From Fimicolochytrium jonesii (taxonomy: Eukaryota): a stretch of DNA of 64,000 nucleotides. The position numbers were made by a program, and so were the translations under genes. The notes under the pieces were generated by a model. It ran no database searches and was not told where the DNA came from. It was given only the letters and a program-made list of their open reading frames with translations. The stretch is taken from NCBI RefSeq assembly GCF_025526975.1, contig NW_026515678.1:372001-436000 (forward strand), given 5' to 3'. Below, piece by piece: positions 50,505 to 63,269 of the stretch; position 1 is the first letter of the stretch; every line of letters starts with the position of its first letter.

Positions 50505-52364
50505 CTACATCATGCCACCCATGCCGCCCATACCGCCCATTCCACCCATGCCACCCATAGGCGCAGCACCCTCCTTCTTTGGTGCGTCGACGATCATGCA
50601 CTCGGTTGTGGTGAGCAGGGAAGCGACACCGGAAGCATCAACGAGACCGGTCCTGACGACCTTGAGAGGGTCAATGATACCCTCCTTGATCATGTCGACG
50701 TACGTTCCCGTGGCGGCGTTGTATCCGTAGTTGAAGTTCGAGGAGTCGGCAGAGGCAGAGGTGCCTTCCGCGGGGATGTTGTAGGACTCGAGCAGGCGAC
50801 CGACGACGACGGATCCTTCCTCGCCGGCGTTGTTGACGATGGTTTTGCAAGGGGCGAGGACGGCCTTGCGGACAATGTCGATACCGAGGGATTGGTCAAA
50901 GTTCTCGGGCTTGATGTTGGCGAGGAACTTAGAGGCCTTGAGGAGGGCTGTGCCTCCACCGGGGACAATACCCTCCTCGACAGCGGCGCGCGTAGCGTTC
51001 AGAGCATCGACGAATCGGTCCTTCTTTTCGCCGACCTCGACCTCGGAGGAGCCACCGACCTTGATGACGGCGACACCGCCAGCAAGCTTGGCGAGACGCT
51101 CTTGCAGCTTCTCCTTCTCGTAGTCGGAGGTGGTGTTGTTGATGAGAGAGCGGAGTTGTTCAGAGCGCTGGCTGATGGCATCCTTGGAGCCAGCTCCGTT
51201 GAGGAAAATGGTGTCATCCTTGGTGATAGTGACGGAGTTGGCGGCTCCGAGGTCTTCTGGCGTGCACTTCTCGAGCTTGAGGTCGACCTCGTCGCTGAAG
51301 ACCGTCCCGCCGGTCAGGATGGCCATGTCCTGGAGGATGGCCTTACGGTTGTCTCCGAAGCCAGGAGCCTTCACGGCGCAAACCTGGACCTGTCCACGGA
51401 GCTTGTTGAGGATACATGCGGCAAGCGCCTCACCGTCAACGTCCTCAGCAACAATGAGAAGAGGGCGACGACGGGTAGCGGCGACCTCAAGAGCGGGGAG
51501 AAGATCCTGGAGAAGCGAGATCTTGCGCTCGGAGAGCAAGATCAAAGGCTTCTCGAACTCAACCTTCTGGGTGCGGGTGTCGGTGATGAAGTATGGAGAA
51601 ATGTATCCGCGGTCGAAGCGCATACCCTCGGTGATGTCGAGTTCGTCGACGAGAGTCTTGCCTTCCTGGACGGTGATGACACCCTCCTTGCCCACCTTCT
51701 CCATAGCCTGAGCAATCAACGCACCGACGTGCTTGTCACCGTTGGCGGAGATGGTAGCAACCTGTGCGACCTCCTGGGACGTTGTGATGTTGCGCTTGTT
51801 GTCCTGGAGAACCTTGACGATGGTGTCGACGGCTTGTTGGACACCCTTCCTCATCTCAGTGGGGTTGACACCGGCAGCAACGTTCCGCAGACCTTCGGTG
51901 AAGATGGCACGGGTCAGCACGGTGGCAGTGGTGGTTCCGTCTCCAGCAGTCTCGTTGGTCTTGTTAGCAACGTCTTGCACAAGACGAGCACCCAAGTTCT
52001 CGAACTTGTCCTCTAGGACAATGGACTTGGCAACAGTCACACCGTCTTTGGTGATCTTTGGAGATCCATATGATTGCTCTATTAGTGGGGAGGCCAATTA
52101 GTGATGCTGCTAATGGGTCTGAATCGCAAGGAATACTCCCGATCTGGGACCTCGTATTCACTCACCAATGAGGACGTTCCTTCCCTTAGGTCCGAGGGTC
52201 ACGGCGACAGCCTTTGCGAGGATGTCGACACCACGAGCGAGACCTTGCCTGCCCTCCTGGCCAAACATGATCTCCTTGTGGCCACCAAAGTGCCTGACCT
52301 GGTTGGCGGTGGCGGCCCTGCCGGAGAGGGCAGCCCTTGCAAGCTTTGCTGACGAGCGGAACAT
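50505..52364 (-). CDS. HSP60: Mitochondrial chaperonin 60 (exons 52364-52166, 52078-50505)
   Basis: Basic presequence, [31 protein letters not shown], (GGM)n tail. Confidence 0.98.
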
Positions 52365-52484
52365 AGTGTGTGTTTAGCTTGTTTGTGAAAGCGAGACGTT
52401 TGCCTTGGGTGATGTTAAGCAAGTGCTACGGGGCAAAGGGTGATCACTGGCCGGCCTCCTTTTGTCCTCTCCCCGACCTTCGAT

Positions 52485-52600
52485 GGAAGAAATTTCCTAT
52501 TCGGCCTCTCTTGCCTGCGTGACCGACAAACGCGTGAGCTTCTCGGAACTTGGTCGATTTCCAAGTCTTTCCATAACGCTGTTTCCAAGCACTTCCATAA
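52485..52600 (-). promoter_or_regulatory. Heat-shock-element-like nGAAn cluster upstream of HSP60
   Basis: GAAatTTC plus two pairs of GAA units at 10-nt spacing (ggaagtgcttggaa, ggaaagacttggaa); no perfect three-unit HSE. Confidence 0.35.
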
Positions 52601-53815
52601 CCCGCATCCACTCCCACACAACGGCACTTCGATCTTCGCCGAGGAAGACGATAAAGCTCGCAGGACAGTCCATACACGGCCTGCTGGACTGTCCTGCGCT
52701 GATGCACCGGAAATTTGGAGTCGACCTTCCAAATCAGCCCTTGTTCTTCGTTACCAAGACTCAAACGGCGAAGCGGCGGTTCTCTAACACGGCTCAGAAC
52801 TTGGAACACCTCAAGGGCGTTCGGCATTCTTGGTAATGGATCGAGTGTGATATCAAAGATGGGACCCTCTTCTAATCTTTGCAATCGACCTGAACGTTGG
52901 ATGCTTTCAGCTCAACACACGGTAAGTAACCCTCCGCGTACGCCTACGGTTATTGTTGTTTCCTTCGAACTTCCCAAAAAGCGCAGGGGTCCCTGAGAAA
53001 TTGCAGCAGCGCTAATCGTAATTGACCGCCGCGGAGGAAAGCCACGCACGGCTGACACTCTCCTCACGTAAACTCGACGTCGACCAAAATTACGATAAAA
53101 CTCGCGCTTGTTGATGGAACGAGCACAGTGTACGGTGAAGTTTGTGGCTAGGACGCCAAGCTAGGCTTCGGTGGAGACTCTGTGTGGAGAAAGTCATCCC
53201 TCGCGATGAGCGGAAGGTAAAACTGGTGCTGCATGGCTCTTACTCAGCTCATGGTATATTTCGAAAATGCTGGCCGCCGATGGCGCAACAGACCGGCTCA
53301 TTGCGCTGGCTGCACGTGATGGGATAGTTTTGGGAGTTACTCATCCCGATCGGTTTTGGGAACGAGGGTCGGATGGGAAGCATGTGGAGAAAGCCGTTTA
53401 GTTCACTCAGACTTACGCACATGCTTTACATTACAAACATTTGAAAACTCGTTACCCAATGGGATGATGCAATTACTCTGCTGGATCGCACTAAATGCAT
53501 CCATTGCCGTTCCGTAAGGAGAACATTGGGCAAAGTCTTGGGCGCTCCGTGCTGTATATATGTATACATATGTAGATTAGTCCATTGGAAGCCCCATAGT
53601 TTCATTGAGGTGAGAAAGAATTCCAAAACACTTCACATGCTATTCGGTTCTTCGCGACGGTTTGGAGGTCGTCTAGGAGGTCGTCTATGTCGCCGATGGT
53701 ATGGATGACCACAAGTATGAAAACGCGTGGAGTTCGCGCTGTCGTCAATCCCGTCTGAATCCCGTCCCCAATTCCATCGTCTCCGACATCGTCTCCGAGA
53801 GTGAATCTGCCCACC

Positions 53816-54733
53816 ATGGCGTTCACAACCGGCCACATGTCGACCTCCAAGCTCTCCTTCAAGCGCAAACGACCGCTCTCGCCACCTCCAGCGCCAGCTC
53901 CCCCACCGCAGCATCGCGCCTCAAAGTCTCAACCTACCGATCATTTCCGCCCTCTCAAAAAGGAACCACTCTGGAACGACGGAAAGAATAAAACCCAGTT
54001 CGCGCCGCAATCTAGCTCAAAGATACCCAAATCCAGCTACTACAAACCCATCCCGACTTCCGACTTCGGCGACGACTTCATCTCCATCAAAGAAGAAAAA
54101 GAATCTCTCTGGAGCGATGTAAAGGACGAATCCGAACAGCAGGACTCCCGCCAAGCTGAATGGGCGGCCTGGAGCGGCGCGGTTCCGAAACGTTGGCAGA
54201 ATTACGATACATGGGCAGACGGGATACGCGAAGGGATGGAGGTGAAACGTGAGAAAGGGCCGAGGAACCGTTACGCACGCCGCCGAACGGAAGGGGAAAA
54301 AAGTTGGGGAAGGGGAACGAAAGAAGAACTACACCAAAGGAGGAAGGGAAAAGCCCAACGCAAAGCCGCGGACGCCTTGAGGGATCCGAATTCCTTCGCA
54401 TCGCGCCTAACTGACGGCCGACAGAAATATCGCTCGCGATGGACCACCCTCAAAGCCGCTCCGCCAAACACTCTCGACGACCGAGACCTGCCGATCCCTT
54501 CCTTAAGCCAGGATAAAATCACTGCCAACAGCATACACCAGTTCCTGTTTGAAGGCTGCGAATTCACAAGGGACGAGAAGAGGAAGATGGTGAAGGATAG
54601 TCTGTTGCTTTGGCATCCGGATAAGTTTGGGAAGATGTTGGAGGCTTTCAAGGAGGAGAAGAGAACAAGGGTTGCATGGGTTGCGCAGGAGTTGTCGAAG
54701 GCGTTGACGGAATTGTATGGGACGTTTGGGTGA
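53816..54733 (+). CDS. Uncharacterised basic protein with C-terminal NFKBIL1-like/J-like HPDKF domain
   Basis: Intronless ORF containing YRSRW...DLPIP...RKMVKDSLLLWHPDKF...AQELSKAL; start at 53816 or 53837. Confidence 0.75.
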   Translation: MAFTTGHMSTSKLSFKRKRPLSPPPAPAPPPQHRASKSQPTDHFRPLKKEPLWNDGKNKTQFAPQSSSKIPKSSYYKPIPTSDFGDDFISIKEEKESLWSDVKDESEQQDSRQAEWAAWSGAVPKRWQNYDTWADGIREGMEVKREKGPRNRYARRRTEGEKSWGRGTKEELHQRRKGKAQRKAADALRDPNSFASRLTDGRQKYRSRWTTLKAAPPNTLDDRDLPIPSLSQDKITANSIHQFLFEGCEFTRDEKRKMVKDSLLLWHPDKFGKMLEAFKEEKRTRVAWVAQELSKALTELYGTFG

Positions 54734-54992
54734 TGCGATTGGAAAAGCTTTACGGGGTTGCAGGAGTTAGGACTTCTTTGTGTGAAGCGTGTCGGCGAGA
54801 CATAAGATATACCCGAAAGTGCTTTCGAGTGGCTTCCAGCACGCATCTCTCTTATGTATTCAGCGTGCGGAAGTTGAAGAACGGAAGTGACATGACGAGA
54901 ATCTTTGCATTCAAAAATGTGTACATAAAATACAAGACTCCTTTATGTTGAAACGACCCCACAATGCATTTTGATGGAAAGGTCTACACTGC

Positions 54993-56540
54993 TTAGATCA
55001 TCTTCTGGATGAGACCGTTGATCTTGTCCTCACGGTTGCCAGACTCACCACCCTCGATGAAGTGGGTAGCCTTCTTGCCCTTGAAACCACTGGAAAAGGA
55101 GAAAGGGAAAGAATGAGTATGATGTCCACATTGCGGCAAATGCGATGCTCCAAAGCCCCCAGGAACCCCAAAAATGAGCTTCCTACGTACCCAGTCGGGT
55201 TGGAAAGGTTGAAAGGCCAAAGGAAAGCATTAGCTTGCTTGAAGTTGGGGCCGACTGTGTAGATCTCGTGGATCAAGTCCTCAACACAGATGATGCCGTT
55301 GGCGCCAAGCTGCTTCTCAATGACAGAGTTGTCAGTGATGGGAAGACGCTGCTTGTCGACCTTGGCGAAACCGCGCTTGTAGATCAACTCGCGCACGGAC
55401 TTGAGGTTGGGGTAACCCCAGGCGACGTAGGGGCCGACCCACTGAAGCATCTGGAGAGTGGCCTTGGTGAGACGGACGAAGGTACCGCTGTTGATCTTGG
55501 TCAAACGCAAAAGCTGGAGGATCTTGCGGGGCTTGGGGGCGATCTTCATCACACCCTTGATACGGACGACGAAGGCGAGGGGAGCGTCAGCGGGCACGTA
55601 GAAGTTTCCGTTGGCCTTGGCTTGACGCTTAAGGCGAACTTCATCCTTCTCCTTGGAGCGGTACTCCTTGACGTACTGCTCCGCACGCTTGAAGATGACC
55701 TTGCGCTTAGCCTTGGCAGACTGATAGATAGAAGGAGATGGGAGTGTTAGGAACTGAAGATCTCCACAGGGATGGTATCCGGAACCCCTCTCCCAGGTCA
55801 CCCCCGAAATGTGATGCGTCGAAAGCGTCAGTCCCGAAAGATGGTATTTAGACAACTACATCTCCGTAGTAGCGGATTCGTTGGTCGTGGTAAAATTGGC
55901 GTCATCATCCACTTTCGATGCATCACGGTCGTTGTGTCCTCCCGCCAAAGCTCCACCAAAACAACAGAAAGGGGATTGAAGGAGATACATACCTTCTTGC
56001 GCTCAGCCTCAGCGACGGCACGCTCAGCGGCGACCTTCTCGGTGGTCTTGCGCTTCTTGAGCACAGACTCGGGCACGAAGACCTTCTTCTCGGCGCTGGA
56101 GTGGGTGGCAAACAAACGTCAGAGACCGATCTGCCAAAAAGGTACCGGTGGGGGGAGCCCCTGTATCCATTCTCTATCTTCCCATAGACAAGAATAGCGA
56201 TAGATAGCAGGGTCACAAAACGGATCCAGGAGGTATGCCTCCTTTCACAACGTTGCGTCGTATGACTTTGAGAGGAAAGCACTAATTCCGTGAGGAACAA
56301 ACGTGCTTAGACCTCCAATTCCTCACGGCGTCAGACTCTGGGTGAGCAAAGAAGGACGCCAGTGAGAGGTGATGGCAGATGGCCCGACTTGCGCTGTACT
56401 TGGAGGTAAATCCTGTCTAGTGTTTCTCCGAGAACCCTCGGTTGAGAAGGGCTCTCACACGAATTGCTCCCATCGCTAACCGTCAACGCCCCGCACAGAG
56501 AACAACAGAAGGAGGAGTAGAATACGTACGTGGCGGACAT
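54993..56540 (-). CDS. RPL7: 60S ribosomal protein L7/uL30 (exons 56540-56530, 56095-55993, 55720-55191, 55089-54993)
   Basis: [60 protein letters not shown]. Confidence 0.97.
55823..55913 (-). ncRNA. Intronic box C/D snoRNA guiding LSU rRNA 2'-O-methylation (snR39B/SNORD2-like)
   Basis: Box C ATGATGA at 55908-55902, box D CTGA at 55831-55828, ~17-bp flanking stem (55910-55926 with 55811-55827), 13-nt guide antisense to the conserved LSU sequence CCCGAAAGATGGT. Confidence 0.9.
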
Positions 56541-56678
56541 CTTTGCTGCGGGTGGAATGACCGAAACGAAGAGCTGTCGTCCAAATGGTCGTGAAGAGAA
56601 GGGAAGAAAAAGCGAGAGAAGCGAACTTTGGCGCTTGCGAAACAAAAGCTGCGAGCGCCGGGAAAGAAATTTACCATC

Positions 56679-56696
56679 CACGTGACGCTCACGTGA
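56679..56696. promoter_or_regulatory. Two CACGTG E-boxes in the RPL7/RPS16 bidirectional promoter
   Basis: ccacgtgacgctcacgtga between the divergent start codons. Confidence 0.5.
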
Positions 56697-56834
56697 AGGT
56701 AAATGATTTCGTTGAGAGAGCATGAGAACACGGTGTGTAGAAGACGCGCTCTGACTCTGGGGACTGGGTCGATTTGGACACCGCTGAAGCCAATCGCTCG
56801 GTTGATCTCCCTCTCGCACGCCATCGACGACATA

Positions 56835-56950
56835 GTAAGTATCAACGTCCGTCCATCCATCCATCCATCCATCCACATAGCGCATATCCATCCATCCATC
56901 TGTCGTCCCCAGCGGTGGCGGTGAATTCGCAGCGTCGCATTTGCTTACAG
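56835..56950 (+). other. Probable 5'UTR intron of RPS16 containing a (CCAT)n microsatellite
   Basis: GTAAGT donor at 56835; acceptor ttacAG at 56950 (alternative at 56974). Confidence 0.5.
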
Positions 56951-56981
56951 AACCTCTGCTCGTTTGATTTACAGTCTCAAC

Positions 56982-57913
<932 letters not shown>

Positions 57914-58264
57914 GGGAAATACATTCTATCATTATCTGGGAGGCAAACCAACCGTCGATCATTTCATCACTTTCTTCGTTCTGGATTCTGGGTCTGTTGC
58001 GTGGTCAGCATCGAATGAATACGCAGTTTTGTATATACCATTCCTGCGGGCCCAGACTTGAATAGAATTGATTGGCAAGCACGATGTGCACAGATTGTCT
58101 GCAGGAGATGTGGTCGAGCGGACAGATGGTCGTCGATGGTGAGGCGTGGAGGAGGATTGTAAACCAAAGGTCGAGAAAACGGGTGCAGGATGTTCACATC
58201 CATTTCGATCACGAGGAACTTTGCAAAACTACTGGAAATATGGAGTAGGTCCAAGCCAACTACG

Positions 58265-61200
58265 CTATGAGTACAGTGAGACTCCCGAGCGCCACAGGAA
58301 CGGCGGCTCAATCACAAATTGGAATCGGGGGACAATGCACAGATACGGAGTCTCAACGTCGTCCAGATGTCCCACATGCACCAAAGGTCCTACACAAGCC
58401 AAACTATTAGCAAAGTGCTTCCCATGGATGATCCAATCTGAAAACACACACCATATTCCCTCCCATTCAGAGTGAACCCAACACATCCCTCCTTCGTGTC
58501 CACACCACATCCAATGACATCGCCTTCCCTCAACGCAGGCCCATCCCACTGTCGCAGCACCCTAACCAAATCATCTTGCCCAGGGTTTTCGAGTATGTCT
58601 TGGATCCGTGATTGGAGATCATTCATGAGTATACCGCCTCTGATGGAGAGCAGTGTTGCGATTTGGCCGCTGGGGAGGGCGAGGATGAGGAGGGTACCGG
58701 ATTTCGTCGTGATGCCGATTTGAGGGATGCTGGACGTGATGTTTAAGATTTCTGCGTCTTTTTTGGCGGTGATGTCTGAGCGTTGATGTCTGGCGTTGAT
58801 GCACGTACCTTTCATAATTCAGTCCTCGCAGCCCGATATGCACTTCGTAGTAGGACGTCGGCGTAAACAATGCGATCCAACTATGGCTATCCACTCCCTG
58901 CTCCACTACGTCCACGGGGGGGTTTGGGCCATGACCTCCCACGATATCTTTGCCCTCTTTGCTTTTCATTAGTGCTGGGATGGGTAACGTGCCATCTGGT
59001 AAAAAGCTATGTTTTGCGTTGGCATCTCCTAAACCGGCAGATGTACATCATGTATGGGACTTACCAAATCGGATCAACCCCATCTCCAAACCGGACCTTG
59101 CACCCTTGACCAGCAGCAAGCGATATTGCAGGGTACCTAAAGATATACAATCATCAAAAACAACCGTCGATGACGTCTAATCACGGCCTCTGCACATACC
59201 ATGCAACATCGGCGTCAATGCCAGTAAACGCAGCCCCTACTGATTTCCCATTTTTAAAATACTCCAGCTCACCAGCGTCCAGATCGATCACGGCGGTGAT
59301 GATGTCGCCGATGAACCAGTCTTCGCCGTAATCATTCTGAAAAACCAACGGATGTATGAGCATCGGATAGCTGAAATGGTATGCTAGATGCAACGTACAT
59401 CCGTGGTAACCCCCGCATGCCACTTCTTCCCCCGATTCCCATCAACCGCATACGAATACTCATCATCTGAACCCCTACTCAATCACCCTTCTCTCAACCT
59501 CCAAACTCCTCATCAACCACAAACTTACCTCCAACGCCAACCCCAACCTCAGGATCCCACCCCGCAACCCTCTCCGCCCACCCAATCTGCAAAATCCCAT
59601 CAGACCGTAACTCCACTTCGTATGCGTACCGCCCCGACCCGCTGACGGAGGTGCGGGAATAGGCGGTTTCGAAAGTCCAGGAGTCGTTCAGGAGCTGAGG
59701 GGGTTAAGGGGTGAGTCATGTGTGAGATGATGCGGGTGGTGAGAGTTTGGGGGAGCTACCTCGCAGCCTTGGGGACTGATCTTTAGGCCTGATGTTGCGG
59801 TTGGTGGCCGAAAAAATGTGATGTAGTTCTCGGGGAGGATAGATTGGGAAGTGGCAGGTGTGAAATCGAAAGCTGATTCTTGGAATGCGGTTGTGTAGAG
59901 GCGGGTTGGGCCGTTTGGGAGGGGGAGTTTGAGGAAGGTGGAGGATAAGGGGAGGATGGCGGGCTTATGTGCTGTTTCGTCCAGAGATTTTTTGGATTAG
60001 TGACGGCGGCTGAGGTCTCTTCTGGGCATGTGGGGACGTACCTGGGATGCTCGCCAGCACTGAGAGCAGAGCGGCGGCTGCATCATGAGTCGTCGGCCGA
60101 CGCAATAGCGTCATCAAATCCGGGAGGAGGGCATTAGTTGCAGCGCCATCATCGCCAGCTGCTGTAACTATGCCTGATGCATCATGCTCCCATGTCCTAT
60201 ATCACATGGTTGGACATGCTCTACGTACCTTGCTTCACAATCTTCGCATAAACCTTCAAACATTGGCTCATCAGAGTATCATCTGTGTCGGCTTCCGTCG
60301 AGAATGGATCGTCAGTTCCCCCTGATATTGGCGTGGTGGGTTCACTGGTCGGTATCGCCCGATGCCAACCCTCCAACCTCTCTTCCGACTTAATTCTGCC
60401 CTTCCCACTCAATGACCCATCATCTTTCCTCGCCGCCACCCCAACCAAATCCCTCAAAAGCTCCTCAAGCGCCTCCCACGGAAACTCCCCAGGCAGCGTG
60501 AAGACATCCGAGCACAAAATGACATCCAACGCCATCAACCTTCCAGTAATCTCCTCCACGAGCGGGCTAACCATATGCGTGTCGTGCGCGTATACCTCCC
60601 GTTCCTTGATGTACTCGCCGCCGTCTTGCCGGAGAAGCCCGGCGAGGGGCATGATGGCGGTGTAAAGGATGTATTCCGTGAGGGTGGGGTCTGGAGGAGT
60701 AGAGGGGTTAAGAGGGATGGGTTGGGAAAGGAGGACAGGGAGGACTAACCTTTTCGCCCAAGCGTTTCGAGAACTTTTGCGGCCACGACCTGAACGTCTT
60801 TTCGCTCGCCGTCTAGTAAGAGGGCGTTTAGATGCTCTAATGCACCCGCTGCAACTAACTTCTGCCTCGTCAATTCTATTCCCACGAAAGCAGTCAGCAC
60901 ACCTTAATCTCACCCAAACGCCTGCGCAGGCAAGCAGACGCTACCAGACGTTACCAGAAACACCAACAAGATGCAAAAGCAACGCACATCCCGCATACTG
61001 CAGCTCTGGATCATCAGAGCTGCAGATACGCATCACCGTGCCGGCCACGTCGTGAGTTTCAATGTGCGGGCGGTTTGAGGGGTTACCGGTGAAGTACATG
61101 AGTATGTCTACGATTCGTCTGAAGGAGGAAGGAAGTGTGAGTTGGGATGGTGGTATGTGATGTACTGAAGCAGGATGGTGTACTTACAATGAGTTTTGAT

Positions 61201-62978
61201 CTGTAGAGGCATCAAAGGCGAGCAGGAGTGAGAAGCCGTTTGCGGCGATGAACTCGGGATGGGCTTCCTCTGGACATAGCGTTACGTCAAGAGCACATCG
61301 AATGGATGAATGCACATCCTTCACCTACTGTGAGCCAGAAGATCATGCAAGAGCGCCTAAGAAGCTACCCTCAGAAAGGATATCGCAACCAATACGCTAT
61401 GCACTGTGGACCTACCAACGCATTGCAACAGGCCGACTCAGCACTGCCACCCGGCACCGTCTTCAACATCGGGACGACCGCTCCCACTATTCCCGATGCG
61501 ATCATGTCCTTCTGAATCTGTGCTGGGAGTTCATGAGCCCGAGGACGTGCAACGAAACGTCAAGAGATGCTTACAGTTGCCACTCGCCAGATGCTTCAGC
61601 GTCCCGAACGCCAGCCGAGGAACGTTGTCCTCTTCATGGCCGAGGAGAGCGCTCAGGGACGTGTAGACAGTTCGGACGGACGCCAGTTGTTCTTTACCGA
61701 TATCTACATGTGTAATATGGGGTTCTGGCTGCTCATCTAAGGCTAGACTTACTGTAGATGCATACCTTTATTGACGAACTCGTGGATGAGGAAGAGGGAC
61801 CAACAGACTAGCTGGTTATCGTCTATTAACACGGGTTGTGAGATAGATGCATCGGACGGATTACAACACGTGTGTGCGCACCACTCCGTAAGCCCATGGC
61901 GAGCAAAGGGAGTAAATCGAGGCTCTGTAACTCCTGGAGCTCCCACAGTAGTTCTGGAAAGACTGAGTTAGCTTCAACCCGGTGAATGTGAGTGTAATAA
62001 TACAAGCCAAACCGAACGAGGGGATCTTTGACAGCAGCCGAACGATGGAGTGCATACATAGCCGCTGTAGACTGTCGTTGCCATATGTCAAGCGAACCAG
62101 GCGTCCCATGTGCATGAGGAAGCCGGCATCAAGCAGTCGTATTTGGACGTCCTCTAAAAGAACACTGCAATAAGACATTGTCTGAACTCCTTTCAATACG
62201 ACCACATGCCCTTTCACGTACCGCACAGAGTAAGCTGATGCGCCAAAAGCTGTACTCAAAGTCAGCTAAACGCCAAATCTCGCATGAGATCAAACCCGCG
62301 CCTCACCAAAGTCCAATGAACCAAATCATCAACGCAAGAACCAGAGAGCGCAATGATGGAAGCCAGCGGAGGAATAACACCGTATCGAACGATCCGCACA
62401 GCGCGGCTCTCGCTCCCGTCGATCAGCCGACACAGACCCATTAGCGCGAGTCGGGAGACGTCTTGGTCCGTGGACGATAGGAGGAGCTCGACGAGCTTCT
62501 TGAGGAAGCCGCGACGGGCGAGGTCCTTGCTAAATGTTTCCTTGTTAGATCAGATGGGGATCGATGCCGTGCCCAGATTCAAGGAACCAACCGATATTCT
62601 TCATTCTTAGCAAGCTGATGCACGGTGCTCAGAGCGGTTCGAACGGTGCTCAGCGGCCTCCCCGGTTGCAACGCATCCATGATGACCGAAGACTGTTTCA
62701 TCCTGCTCAGAAGCAACTGGACTACGTTCATCCGCAACTGTGGATTGGTGCAGGATAGCATTTCTTATTGAGGAGCATGTCAAAATCATGATTGATGGGC
62801 TCATGGCTACATGGATATGATTCTTTCGCTGACCTTGCAGTTCATGAACCTTAATCACTATGCACACAAACAACGCTCAGACCACTTTTACATACGCGAG
62901 TTTTGTAGCAATTTGAGGATACCCACCGTCCTTCGACCGCCGCCTCCTCCCAGAATGCGGACCATGGTCCAGCGACAT
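58265..62978 (-). CDS. Large multi-exon armadillo-repeat plus tandem SPRY-domain protein (RSPRY1-like SPRY)
   Basis: ARM-like exons (FLKKLVELLLSSTDQDVSRLALMGLCRL; IQKDMIASGIVGAVVPML). SPRY1 NDSWTFET...YEVELRSDGILQIGW...DDEYSYAVDG...PAISL. SPRY2 YYEVHIG...EGDVIGCGVD...FTLNG. Ends approximate. Confidence 0.75.
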
Positions 62979-63269
62979 CTTTGCTAGCGCTTTCCTTGAA
63001 TGCAGGCCGTGGCGAAGGCGGAATTGGTTGCGAAAAAGGGCTAGTTCCAAAGTCAATAAGGCCAAACGTGGCTGCGCATCGCGTCGATTACGTGTGGACG
63101 CGACTCCAACGCGCTGGTGTCCGAAGGTGAGTTCTCATCAGAATTTGGACAACGACCTGGTAAAACAGCAATTAGAAGCTCCAATATCGGATTCAGCACA
63201 TCCCGGTCCTAGGCGAATATATCATAGAGAAAGATTCCAAAACCATCGGGAGCGGACAACACTGAGAAA

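Noticed and set aside
50892..52016. 374-aa plus-strand ORF opposite HSP60, and similar antisense ORFs over H3, RPL7 and RPT6
   Set aside because: Antisense shadow ORFs expected from strong codon bias in highly expressed genes.
52400..53800. HSP10 head-to-head with HSP60, as in animals
   Set aside because: No PLxDRV-type Cpn10 motif found in this interval.
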